Of a stretch of DNA of 64,000 bases, positions 39,671-52,700 are shown one piece after another. Position numbers and translations under genes: made by a program. The stretch's first letter is position 1; each line of letters starts with the position of its first letter. Source of the DNA: Lytechinus pictus (lineage: Eukaryota); NCBI RefSeq assembly GCF_037042905.1, contig NC_087251.1:35900001-35964000 (forward strand), written 5' to 3'. The notes below the pieces were generated by a model that was not told where the DNA came from, did no database searches, and saw nothing but the letters and a program-made list of their open reading frames with translations.

Positions 39671-41498
39671 TCTTTGGTTTGGTCATTTTATTCACCCATC
39701 ATTCATTTTGCAAAAAAAAAATGAAAATGACCAATTGCAGAATACGTCTTTATGAAATTTGAAAAATCTTTCTTGTTATCATAAAGATAAAGAATTATGT
39801 TAACTTTTTTTGTAATATTCATTGATTTTGTCTTATAGTTGTTGGGTCAACGCTCAATAAGGCTATCTGCCCTTTTTTGTTGGCCCCTCATTCTCATAAA
39901 TATGTTTTTTGTATGTTGTCACAATGTTTTACTTATGTACCTTATGTATGTTTTTCATGTTTTTATTGAGAGTGTAAATAAATTGAATAAAGAATCGGAG
40001 ATAACAGAACTTCTACCACAGTACTTTAGATGGTAATTCTGCAAATGAATATGATATTCCTGAATATCCATACATCAGATTTTTTTTTTTCATAGAAAAA
40101 AATTGAAGGAAAAATCTGCTGTGAACATTAATACAACCTTGTCAACTTGCCAATGATTGCGTTAAGGTATTTGGTTACAATACAAACAGGACTGAATCAT
40201 ATGTTACAGATGCATTACAATGTAGTTATCATATTGAGCAACATAAGGTGGGGAAAAAAAGAGCCAAAAAATTGTAAAAAAGGGGAAAGGTGTGATTTTA
40301 TTATGAGGTACAATGCTGCTCCGATGTGAGAGAATCTCCCAAAATGGGAATGCTATTCATGGGACTCTCCATCGTTCTACATCAGACGTGTGAAGCCGTC
40401 AAGGGGTACACAAACGCACGTTGGTTCAAAGCGAGAACTGGGTGCGAAGATCAATACGGGTATTTGCAAGCGATGGAATGAGTGGGAAGAGAGGGATACT
40501 AACGGAATGGGAGGCTAGGATGTAGGCTAATGCAATGTGAGAATTTGATAATGGGTTTTAGACTGAGCTTGGGTAAAGTATAAAACCTATGAATAATATT
40601 AGGATTAAAAAACAATCCATTATGCCTAAATATTTCTGTTCATCTGATGGTAATTTCAATGCTATTAACTCTTATAGTTTCATAAAAAAATAAAAGTCCC
40701 TAATTTGCCAGAGCACATGGTACAAGACAAGATTTATTGTTCCAGTGCATTGTGGGTAATGCATCCAAGATATGCACCAAACATACCATAAATATCACCA
40801 TCGCATGCGGTCACATATCATATTTCCTCCATAAAGTGACACATCTTGACGAGGGTATGTACTGAGCCAAAAATACATCTTCTTGGCAGGAATTCCATCA
40901 CACCGTGAATCATCACGGGCCAGGCATTCGGAAACATTTTGTTGTTGATGTTGAGTGCTCTCTTTGTCTTTCGTCATGAGCCCGTTGGTTATTCATTGAT
41001 TTGTTGGTTTCAATTATGTTGTTTTACTTGAATGATATGAGATTATAATCTGCCACGAGTGATGCGTTGTGGAAAGAGATGATTGAGTGGGCCTATTCCA
41101 TTATGAGCGATGCTTGCAGTCACCACCTCTCACACTGCTCGGTTTCAGAGTATCATGAAGACTGAGAGATAAGATGTGCAGGGAAAGGAGTCATCGGTAC
41201 CCACAGAACCCCCCCCCCCCATGACCTCTAATCAAGATTCACTGACATTTATTATATCTCCCCTCTCCAGAATTCTGTCTAAAAGAACGCAATCCAATAA
41301 AAAGTATGAGAAATATGAAGAAAAAAATGTAGTGGAATACTTTATCCTCAAATAGCTGTTATTATTATTGGTATTTTGAATCACAAATGGATGAAGTGAA
41401 GAGCTTACATGATTAATCTACAAAATAAAAATGTATACCTTCATTCTAATGTCTTAACTCAATAGTTTTTCCCATTATTTCCCTCTTTCTCTATCTAG

Positions 41499-41650
41499 TC
41501 ATTAGGTAAAGGTTCATTATGGTGTGTGGATCCCGACTACAGGCCCAACCTTCTTCAGGCTCTGCGAAAGACACCGTACCATCCTTACCATCATGTCCTG
41601 CCATACTCACCCTATGGTTTCTCAGGAGGACCACTTTCCAACATCTCAAG
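41499..41650 (+). CDS. foxN2/3: FoxN2/3 second coding exon (completes the forkhead wing)
   Basis: Acceptor ttccctctttctctatctag ends at 41498. Phase-0 translation [50 protein letters not shown] matches the FoxN2/N3 GKGSLWCxDPxYRxNLxQALKKTPYHP signature. Donor AAG|GTATCT at 41651 (phase 2). The 3' boundary is less certain because the donor is triplicated. Confidence 0.92.
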
Positions 41651-42027
41651 GTATCTAGAGTTGTTCTTACCTTCATGTTCATACCCCCTCCGAACTCTGA
41701 ACCACCACTCCAACCCCCTTCCCCTCTCTTACCCCTTAACCCCTCCCTAATACCTTACCATCCGTATCATCATGTCCTGCCATACTCACCCTATGGTTTC
41801 TCAGGAGGACCACTTTCCAACATCTCAAGGTATCTAGAGTTGTTCTTACCTTCATGTTCATACCCCCTCCGAACTCTGAACCACCACTCCAACCCCCTTC
41901 CCCTCTCTTACCCCTTAACCCCTCCCTAATACCTTACCATCCGTATCATCATGTCCTGCCATACTCACCCTATGGTTTCTCAGGAGGACCACTTTCCAAC
42001 ATCTCAAGGTATCTAGAGTTGTTCTTA
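41573..42027 (+). repeat. 179-bp tandem repeat, ~2.5 copies, spanning exon 3' half + donor + intron start
   Basis: The donor AAG|GTATCTAGAG recurs at 41651, 41830 and 42009. Copies are near-identical and followed by a poly-C tract. Confidence 0.97.
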
Positions 42028-45000
42028 TCCCCCCCCCCCCCCCCCCCCCGGACAGAACTAAGCAAGGGCTTAGGGAAAATAGCGCCCTCAACCAAAAAAT
42101 GTACCGGGATTTCTGCCTTTACTGAGTGTTCTCATGTTTTTATGCTTCTAGTTTGCTTCTATTTCTTCTTATGTTTTTTTCAGTTCATTTAGCCCCATCA
42201 ATTCCTTAATGAAAATAATGTAAAATATTGTTCCTTGACCTGAAATAACTTAAGTCTGGAACTTACCAAATGATCTCTTCCATTGTCACAATCTGCCCCC
42301 CTCCTCCAAAATGTTAAACAGTTAAATGAACCAATGAAAAGGAAAAAAATGAGCAAAGTTTGATGAAAATGAAAGACAAACTGACTGAGAGATCTTGTTT
42401 GGACAAATTTGTTGTGTGTGCGAGAGTGTTTGCGAGAGTGTTTGCGCTGCACTTCAGTGCAAGTCTTTGAATTCTCCATCAGAACACTTGCCTTATTCAA
42501 ATTTTCAAGGATTCGCCAAAGAGAAATGCAAAGTTTATCACTCCTAAACATCTTTTCATATATCGCCTCTGATACACGATAAGAAGGCCTATGTTGTAAA
42601 AGAAAGTCGACCTACATTTGATAAATGATATCTGAATGATGCAAATATTGATTCCCAGTCAAATTATGGTACTTCATTATTTGAATAGATGTAGCTTTAT
42701 CACATTTCAAAATTTATAATCCTATCTTCTAATTTATTCAACCTTGGGCGAAACCCCTTTCGTGGGATATTAAACTGTATGTACACAAAGAATATAATCC
42801 AATGGAGATAGATTTATTAAATTTTTAGTGCTTCAAAAAGTCTTTAACTTCCTGGGTTAAATTTGGCTCAAACGATTCCTTGAATCATAATAAATTTTAT
42901 GAGTATATTACATGGAGGTATCTCCGTATGTTTCAATTTATCGGCATTTGGGTTATAAAGGAATAATTTATTAATCTAGTTTAGATGGGGGCCTTTTGTC
43001 TGGATTTGGGAATCTTGATTTTAACTCCTTTTATGGGACATAAAATGATTTTAATGATGCAAGATGAATAAATATGGAGACTACAAATTTATCAATTGGT
43101 ACAAATGAAAATGGGTTTTAGTAGAGTCTAATCAAATCAAATCAAATCTCTCTATATCTTCCTCCCAAAGTATGCCAGCGTTCTTTGCAGGCTGTCATTG
43201 TGCAAACATAGCTACATTTCCGCACACCATATTTGCAAGTATGCATTTTGGTGTGAATTTGAATTTGCTTAAGGTGTCAGAGTCAATGGAGTATGGACAT
43301 CAGAACATGAAGAGGAAGCGACCTGCATGTCAAACATTTGTTATCATGGTTGAATAAATGTGTGTGAACGTTAAAATAAGAATGCAAATGCAAAAAGAGG
43401 TAAAACTTTGTCCAATGCCCCACCCATCTACAAACTTTCAAAGTTGTCACTGATTTTATACCATCTTGAGTACAGAAAAAAAACTCCTGGTACTTTCTGA
43501 TGGGGATTCTTCCCAGGTCGGAAAAGGCCAGAGTTTTCTCCAGTGTGAAAATATGATTATTGTTTTTGTCTTTCTGTGATTTGATAAAATTAACTTAGTG
43601 ACCAGATATAGGGAGAAGTCTATTCATTTTTTCCCTATTTTTTATGTCAATGAGTTTTCTTTAAAGATTTTTTGTGAAAGACAAGAGGGGTTTGACTATC
43701 CTTCCCATTTTACCATTTACTTTAATACCCATGTAAGAACTCGGAACCAATACCGTGAAGTGAAATTGCAAAAAAAACATGTAAAAAATAGTATAATTAA
43801 ACAAAAACATATAAAGAAAAGAATCAGACTATGATAATGGGGTTAAACGGGGGATGACTCTTCAATCATTATCCTTTTATGCGGATTTGGGATATTGCTA
43901 ACCAGAGAGAAATTTTCTGACAATGAATGGTCAAGGCGATGATGTGTAAATATTGACCAGTCTGTTCCTGTGGTTGTTCAATGATCTGAACACTAATTAC
44001 CTGATCAACTCAAGGACTTGTAAGTGTATGATTGTGGCTATGGGTGCATTTATACGTACGTTTAGAAAACAGAATAAGTGAAATGCAGAGGGCATAGTGA
44101 GATCAGAGGTACTGTTAATGAGAATATCTCTTTTTTTTAAACTAATTAAGGAGTTTATAGAGAGTCAATTTTTGCATATTTCCTTGTGGTACATGTGAAG
44201 CGTCTCTTGCATTCATGCCTCCATATGCAGTGTGAATCTGTTCTTAGAAAATAAAAAGTTGAGTATAAATGCACCCTTTATATTATTGGCCATCATAACT
44301 GATAGTTGTGAATCAGAGAAAATAAAACATACATTTAAAACAAACTTCTAGTTCAACTAATCAAAGGGATTTTATTAGATTTGAAGTTTAAGAAGATACT
44401 GTATTTTTCTTTCCCATTTTATGATGGAGATTGTACCTGTAAAATGAAAAGGTTGTTTTTTTTTTCCGAATGAATGTTTCCTTTAAAAAAAATATATTTT
44501 TACGAGTTCCTGACATTATTATTTTTACAAGTTCCCGAAATTGTGTTTCCAACTATTCAGTTGAATGTTACAATGGATGTCCTACATGGAAAGGGCCTTT
44601 ACAAACCAAACCAAAAAAAAAGGCATCCAGTCACAAAAAGCTGTCAACTGTCATAAAGGAATCACCTGACTTTGATTAATGTATTCCCAGGGTGCAGTTT
44701 GCAGAATCCCCAAAAGTGGAATTATTTGATCAGATTTCAGAGGGCGCAGGGATTTTCGGGTAGCATGATCCCTGCCCTCTGTAAGTGAACCATAGATATT
44801 GCATTGATCCCTTCTTGAAATATTTCTCAGAGGTAAAGAAGAAAAAAAGTGTTCTGAAGAAAATTGAGATGGATGTAGGGGGAATGGCGAGATATGAGAG
44901 CTGTTAAACATCTAGGGTCCTTTTTCATCTTGGGGATTTATAATGATCTGTTGGGATTTCATGAATTGTTTATTGTCAATTGTCAAAGTATTTACAGTCC

Positions 45001-45309
45001 TATTACTTTGTTTACTGATGGTTATGATAGTTGTTTGCAAGTGAGGCAAAAGTACTCTCCACTATCTGAAAGGTAAGTTGTTAGTATTTTCTCTAATTTC
45101 CCTGTTTATATTCACTTTCTTGTGGCCATCTGGATGAGAATTGTATTCACAGTACAATCTCTTTATAATATTTGTGTAGATATCTAGGCATGAATTGCAT
45201 ATATTCCAGAATGTCTTTCCTACTGCGTCTATGCTAGTTTGGGTTTATTATAAGTCAATTGTCTTATTGACGTCTCTGTTTCTCTCTTCTATTCCTTTTT
45301 TTTAAACAG

Positions 45310-45365
45310 CAATCAAAACAGGCTTTCTACAGTTCTCTCAGCTTACAATGGAGTTCCCATTCCAG
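45310..45365 (+). CDS. foxN2/3: FoxN2/3 probable third coding exon (56 nt)
   Basis: Long pyrimidine tract plus aaacag acceptor ends at 45309, and donor CAG|GTTAGT is at 45366. Phase 2 in, phase 1 out. Open frame (S)NQNRLSTVLSAYNGVPIP joins exactly to both neighbouring exons. Confidence 0.72.
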
Positions 45366-45366
45366 G

Positions 45367-45417
45367 TTAGTCATTTATTCATGCTGTGTTAGTCATTTAT
45401 TAACTTAGTCATTTATT
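45367..45417 (+). repeat. Three copies of TTAGTCATTTATT at the donor of the 56-nt exon
   Basis: Copies at 45367, 45389 and 45405. Confidence 0.9.
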
Positions 45418-45629
45418 CATTCATGAAGTCCATTGAAAATTCCATGCCTTGGGTAATGGCATATAGGCCTGCATTCCATTTTAATGGGAGGTACTAATGA
45501 TCCATTTGGGATAGCTCACTATAGGACTGTGTATGGCAGCATAGGTTTCCAAAGTATCCTGCTCTCTTGGATCCCGCAAATAATTATGTTTCTAAAGGCT
45601 GTAAGTTATGCATGATTTGTGAGCTGTTC

Positions 45630-45764
45630 AGGCCTCCATTTGCAGAAAGAGTTGTATTTAAACACGTCTGAAAAAAAAAGCAATCGAAAGTCTCCAATGA
45701 ACGCATTTCATTGGTTGAAGGTCGAGATGCGTTTGATCGTATCTCTTTCTGCAACAGATCCCTT
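45630..45764. mobile_element. Short MITE relic
   Basis: Perfect 12-bp inverted pair TTGCAGAAAGAG (45640) / CTCTTTCTGCAA (45743) about 100 bp apart. Confidence 0.55.
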
Positions 45765-48700
45765 GGATGCTAAATCAGATTCTCGATTTTAATTCCCGTC
45801 GTCACCTCAAGTGGAATATGTACTTGTGAAGTAGATTTTGATAATTGTTTTAACAAGCGCCCAAGTGCAAGAGATTTTAAACTTTTAGAAAAATTTGATT
45901 GGCAAAAATCGAAAATTCACTCCCACTGTGTTAAAACAGGACAAATTGGGTGTATTTTATTTAGGACAATGAAGCATATGACTAGTTATTCGAAAGCTAG
46001 GCTTTACTTACAAAAAGCCTTTTGAACCAGTCCCCATATCAAAATTGGTTCAAAGTCATTTGTAATGAAGACACAATTAACGGGCTATTAAGTATTTTCC
46101 ATCTGGAGATTGCAATACCAAGTCAACACTTGAGCTTATCTTCGAGAAATCATGCTTTATTTGACATATCCCTCTAATTCACAGATGAAGGATAATTTAT
46201 TTGCAATGCCATGTTAAAACACATTGGCCAAAACGCAAACCGCACATCCTCTATAACCTTTGGCCACATACCAGTTATATATTAAGCTCTCAAAATGATG
46301 TATTATTTCATGAATGCATGTAGAAAGCAAAATAGTAATTAGGCAGTTTTATATGATGGTGTTTTTTCTGTTTGAAATCATAAAGCAAATAGTAATTCAA
46401 CTAATTTGATTATTGCATCAGGTACTGCGATAACATTTTAAACAAACCTCTTTTCTTGTTTTGTACTTAGCAAGTCAATATTTGCTTTTTGAAATAAAGA
46501 TATAAAAATGTTGCTCCGGAAATCACTCCTCGAGCTTGAGATCAATGTTGTATCTACTAAATTGAACACAAATTGTCTTTACCAAGCCATAAATGGCAAC
46601 GTGTCGAACCTATAAAGCTTATATATAAAGCTTTTGATGGCTGCGTACCAAAACTGGAACCCGATCTTTAAGTTCTGGATGTGCCTGGTAAATGCATAAA
46701 AGAGGAAGGAAAAAGGCACCAGGTTCAGCACAGTTCAAAAAAGAGAGGCCTGGTCAGGCAATGCAAGCAAAAATATTGTTTCACAGTACTCATTTCCATG
46801 GCAACAGCAAAACAAACACTGGCTTTTTAATCATTGCTAGCTCCTCTCCTAATCCGTGGCGATGCCCGCAGCCCGTGACCCGAGAGTTGTGGGGTGAATT
46901 TGGACAAGATTCTCTACTTTTTCTTCTTTCCTCTTTATTTCTTATATATCCCCAATGTATTAGCTGGGTCTGAAGTGGCATAATACTTAATTCTTCTTCC
47001 CTCTATACCCCTATCTAATCCTTGTGTACACTCTGTGAAATTTAATATTTGAAGCATCCCTGGCTGGATTTCCCAAGTGATAGGATGAATAGATAAGGAG
47101 TAAGCTTTTTCACCGCTCCAGATCCACCGTTCCCCGCCCGCTCATGGGGCAAGGTGTAACAGCGGTGCTGAATCGTCAATCCTGTTTCCTTGTCTGCTAA
47201 ATCAATCAAATTGATTTGCTCAGTTTCTCGGGTGAGAAGATTGTTAATCCTTTTAAAAAACCTCAAGCCGATTGTGCTGTTAACCCTGTCTCCCCCACTT
47301 GCTTGAAGGGATTCTGCGTTATATGATGCTATAATACAGCTTCCTCTACGTGTATGCATGCCTTTAGAGTTTAGAGATAACATCAAAAGCAGAATTAACC
47401 AATTCGTAAATTTTATTGCTTATATAGGCCTCATAAACTATCCTGAAAGGGAAATTCCGGAATTCATAGTTTGGGCAAAATAATGAGTGCCAGACTTTGA
47501 TTGAAACATGCTTAAAAGGTATTTGACAGCACAATTGAGGGAAATAGTATAGTAAATTGGATTGTTTAGTAGGTTCTGAAAATATTTTTTTGCCAATTAA
47601 TTCTGTTCGGGTGTGATACCTTTGTGATATATCAGGGTTATTTTCATATCTCATTTTCATACTTCATTTCACACCCAATTATGTCAACTGAAATGAAGTA
47701 ATTGATATGATAATGTACAAAGGTTGAAGAATTTCTGGGGAGGGGTTTCAGAAATTGATAAAATATAGTTTTGAAATCGGTCATATGTTTGATATAAACA
47801 GTCACTTTTCAATTTGCCAAAATTTGAATCTGCATCTGACTAGGAGTGTACCTGTATAATTAATATGAGCAATATTCCTGTTGACTTGCAGCAGCAATTC
47901 ACCCAAACAAACTAAATAAGTAGATCATCACAACAAAAAACACATTTCATATGAGAAAATGTAAACAATACATATATAATGATCATAATATACATGTTTA
48001 TTCTTTCATGAACAAATTAAGTTTACTGACAACTTTCAATCAATTGTCTGTGAAAATCACTGATTGTTTGTCTCTTGAAATGCTCCCTGATGATTTTTAT
48101 CTTGAAACGCTCTTCTGGTTGGTGCCCTTTTCACTCAAGGATGCGAGAAAGTGGAATATGTGAAATGGACATAGAAGTTTTGATGGTAAATCTTCAAAAA
48201 ATCGTGAGAGAACTTGCTACCATAATATTTCAAGCAACATTCTGTAACAATTTTTGATAAGCATTGATTAAAGCTTAGTTCTTCTAGAAAGAGCATTGGA
48301 AGTGCAAGAGTGGACATTCATTTATCCATCCGTCTTCTTCTTAATACTTGACATGAGCCTGATAAATGGATTGATTGTAATTTTCTACAGCAAACACCAA
48401 GACTGGACATTGATGAATTATAGGGACCAGCTCCTAAAGGATCAGACTTTGCGAGATCCCTATTTGCTTACAAAATGGGAAATTGATGAGAATTAATGTC
48501 GCTGGAGAGAAAATCATATTTATTTTACGATTAGAAACACAAATTGAAGAGCCCTACCAAGGAGTTACCAGCACTACTTTCTCCGGTTATGATCATGATG
48601 GTGGAAGCATGGAGGATTGTGGATGGCCACAAAACTTGATTCCCCAATTACAGCAATGTACACAAGTGCTTTCCAAGCCTCCTAACACTTAATTCCATTG

Positions 48701-48836
48701 ATTAATCCCAGATTCTTCATTATGATGACAGTATTGGTGAGAAAATCTAAGGGAAAAATAAAAATGGAGTAACAAAAGAAAGCAGGTATACCTAAAAAAG
48801 TGTTATGATATTATGACGATTATTGTTGATTTAGTG

Positions 48837-49085
48837 CAGTCAAACCTCTCTATTGGGGCCATATCCACGGGGAAAAGAAAAGTGGCTCCAGGGGCCCGTA
48901 ACACAAAGTGTAGCAATGATCGTAGAACAATTTTCTGCGATTGATTGCATTGACCACAATGTACAATCAATCGTGATAATCAAGTGTACGATCAATCGCT
49001 AACCTCTGTGTTACGGAACACAGGAGACCATTGGCCTCTACAGACAGGTGACCATTATGGTGGTGACTAAAGACAGGTTTACACT
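48837..49085. mobile_element. Old Tc1/pogo(Tigger)-like MITE interrupted by the 129-bp MITE
   Basis: Ends CAGTCAAACCTCTCTA ... TAAAGACAGGTTTACACT form an imperfect inverted pair, with an internal AGACAGGT repeat. Confidence 0.55.
48892..49020. mobile_element. 129-bp MITE with CAG TSD (Harbinger-like), copy 1
   Basis: TIRs GGGCCCGTAACACAAAG / CTCTGTGTTACGGAACA, CAG on both flanks, colinear with the copy at 63370. Confidence 0.85.
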
Positions 49086-49687
49086 AAAAAGTGGTGACCA
49101 CCGGAACAGGGCATGACTGTTATACTTGGCTTGCAAACTTATTGTTTTGATTTCAACAATGAAACAGTAAGAACACATTTGTATTGAAAAAGGATTTTTC
49201 ATAATTTTATATTTATGAACCAAGAATGATGATAAAGATGTCAGAGATTAATCAGGAGATCATCTTGGGTGTGGCTGCTTTGGCAGCATGGGGTAGACCT
49301 ATCGGTCACTCAGGTAAATTAACTGTCCGTATACCTCGGTGCGCTTATTACTATCATATTCATTGAAGCAGTAAATGATGGCCATAAGCGCTTCAGATTT
49401 GAGCCTACGAGGCTTGATTTGATGAGCGGAATATTACATTGGTGACTTTTTAAGAGAAAGCGGTTCAATAGTAATATGAAAGGAATACAAAAGCTTTTTG
49501 AGATGAAGTGTATATCTGATGTAATATTTATGAAAATTGAATTTTGGGTGAATGCTTTTGTCGTATACACTACAAAACAAGGGTTTCACCTCAGTTAGGC
49601 ATTTCATAAACTGTTTATGAATTTATGAGAAATAGAGGGGGTGAATGGGGTAAATGCCTTCATGTACTTTCAAAGTAGTTTTTGTAT

Positions 49688-49728
49688 TAAACAAAATGCA
49701 GAAGGAAATAAACAAAATGCAGAAGGAA
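49688..49728. repeat. 21-bp tandem duplication
   Basis: AAACAAAATGCAGAAGGAAA occurs twice in tandem. Confidence 0.9.
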
Positions 49729-52700
49729 AATGGGATAATCGAATAGATAGAAAGGAATAAATCTTGTGGCAAAGATGGCAGTAATGGCAGTAATGGTGCT
49801 GACCCATCCGGGCAGGGCACATAAAGTGCAGGGATATTTATGCTGTTGTAGTAAATCAATAAATAATGCAATTATTTCTGGGCTGTAAAGAACTGCTCTG
49901 GTCGTCAGGATGGTCACAGAGGACATCCAATACGGAGGAACTTACAATAAAGCTTTTATACCCTCCTTCTTCAGGGTATTCATGGTAAGTGCCTTATAAA
50001 ACATATTCCAAATTGTAGACAAAACATGGAAGTATCCCCAATGTGTATGAATAAGCATTTGCCCTTGAAACCACAATTTTCTAACCCTCAGTTTTGAATA
50101 TTAGACGGATGTAGGATACTGGCTTAATTTTCATGGGATATATTGTGCTGATGTAGACTGCTGGACCATGTCTATCTGACGCCAGTTGTTTTAGCTGCTA
50201 GTCGACTGTCTCTCTCATTGCCAATGGCTAGTTGCATATAGATATGTTCCTTAATCTGTAGTTTTCATTTGATGATTGCTTATATGAGGAGGGATTGATA
50301 CATCTTCTGTCTACATGGAATTGAGTGGCTGTCAGAAATGGTTTTAGTCAAAGAAAGTCTTTGAAAATTAAGGTCATCGTGTATTCACCCTGTTGCTTTG
50401 GAAGAGAGCTTACGATGCATTTTGTCTTTTAGCCTGGAGGACATAGACCCTCCCTTGAAGATAAAGATTTTTTTTTAATTCTGCTCTATCATGTGAGTAC
50501 GACAATGTGTGAGTACGACAATACACCAGACGGTGGACTGTACTGTTTCCAGAAGAAGAAGAAGAGTAGTACAGTAACTGAAAGTCGAATAGGACTTATG
50601 CATTACTGACAAATCTTTTCCATTGAATTTGGGAAAGGGGGGAGAAGTGAGTGTAGCTGACTTATAATCATGATTTTTTTAATAATTTTGTTGCAGTCAT
50701 GATGAAAGAATGTCAAATATAATTTCTAAACATGTATCTCACAAGCACATTTACAGAAAAGGAGGGGTATACTACCTATAGGCCAACACATGTTATTAGT
50801 GTTGTAAGGAGTCCATTATTTGCAACATTGCCAAGTGAGTTGAGGTTTATATAACTTTCGCCACTTGGTTGAAGTTTAGATCACAAAGAAAAAGTATACA
50901 CCCACCCGAAAACCAAAAGTTCAGTGGCCAAGTTTTTCTAGGCCACTTATGGCTACCTTGGGAGTTTGCCCCTTTGATCCCAAGTTGTTGTCCGTTACCA
51001 TGGCAATGTCATACTAATTCTGGCTCAGTTGGTGATGGTTCCTGGGAGTGGTCAACAGGATTTAATTGGATTGAGTCTGGCAAAAGCTTCAAATTTTAAC
51101 AGTGTTGAACCCTCCATCTTATGTATTGAGCAAAAGTCTCTTGTGTGTAGTAATGGTATTAGCCTGCATCCGGACCTTTAGTCCCATATGGTCATAGATG
51201 TGTAAGCTGCAGGCCCTATTAAAAAAAGAAAAAGAAAAAATCCCAGGCCTATTGAGATCTCTTTTCAGCTTTATCATAGGAAAATTGACCAGAGATTTTC
51301 AATGATAAATCAATTTTTCCTTCAAGCCTGTATGAATTCATTTATCAGTTTATTGTTAGATAATTACAGTTTGTTAAAAAAAGATTGCTATTATTCGAAT
51401 ACTTTTCTGTCTTTCTGTAGGCTTCATATAACCTTATCAAAAGACAAGTGCTATTTTTTTAGACCTGTCTCGTCTACATCCCGCATGATTTATGTTCATA
51501 ATAGATCAATTTAGATACACAATAATCTAGTGGATAAAAAGAAAACCACACCCTATTGTGCCACATTGAAACCACACCACACCTAAACTATTATGGAACC
51601 ATTTTGAAAACCAATTTATATTCATAGTAAAAGATAGGCCTAAGTGTCTTTAAGATAATAATAATAATTGGATCTGTAACAAGAAGAGAAAATGAATGAT
51701 AGGATTGTTGCTATTGCACGACAGGCTTCAAAGTTAATCATTCCACTACAAATAATTGTTGTCATTATTAAATTGCATGTCCATCCACATTCTGTTGACA
51801 ATTTTCTTAAATAAGTATAAACTTGTAATAAAGTTTTATGCAGAGTGCAATAATTTTACCATGAATTTCCAAGGTGAAAAAAATGTAAAGAGTAAAATAG
51901 TAAATATTATATGCAAGATTTCTAAGTTAATACATGCACCAAAATAATGCTTGGCATATTCTTTGCCTCAGTATTTTTCTCCACCCCTCCCCCCAAAAAA
52001 AAATATATATATATATGAATATATAAAAGAAAAAAATCTCAATTACTTTGACTAAAGTATGGCAGAAGTCATAAAATTTGCCCTATCATGTAGTTTTTTT
52101 TAAATATTGTTTAGAAGTAGACTACTTGATTCTCATTTCTTAGATTAGTATCTTCAATTTTACAGACACAATGAAACTGGGCTCATCAAAATTCTTCCCC
52201 GTCATTTATCTTTTATATGTGATTGATGATTATGAGATTTCAGTTTTTTCAGCCCAAGTTCTAAACTTCCAAAAAAAAAGTGCATCATGCTTCAAAAAGT
52301 TTTTTTTTTTCACTACCATAATCTAATCAGCTGCACACCATCTTGACTTTGCTTCATACATTTAGAGTTTTGTTCGTCTGATCTTCATTTCTTATTAATA
52401 TATATCAATTAAATATGTTGTTCTATCATTTTTGTATGGATTCCCTTGCCATTAGGGTTATGGTGATTATGGTCATGTTAATAAAGCGTCCCTTTTGCAA
52501 GTTGATGAAATATTCTATTTTATCCCAAACTTTCTGAAAAAACCGGAAATGGATTCTTTTCAAGGGGCATCAATACTAAATGTCAGTGACCCCCATGCAT
52601 TTCATTATTTTCTTTGTGTCGAGTTTCATCAAAAGCAAGCCATCAAATGGGCAGAAAATGGACTGCAGAATACACCAAATTGCGTGTACTCTTTTGATCG

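Noticed and set aside
41519..42192. ORFs 41519-41929 and 41854-42192 as separate Pro/His-rich genes
   Set aside because: They are by-products of the 179-bp tandem repeat shifting frame. No duplicated acceptor is visible.
50492..50522. GTGAGTACGACA x2 resembling the transposon 15-mer
   Set aside because: A simple 16-bp tandem duplication lacking 3 central bases, with no TIR context. Likely coincidental.
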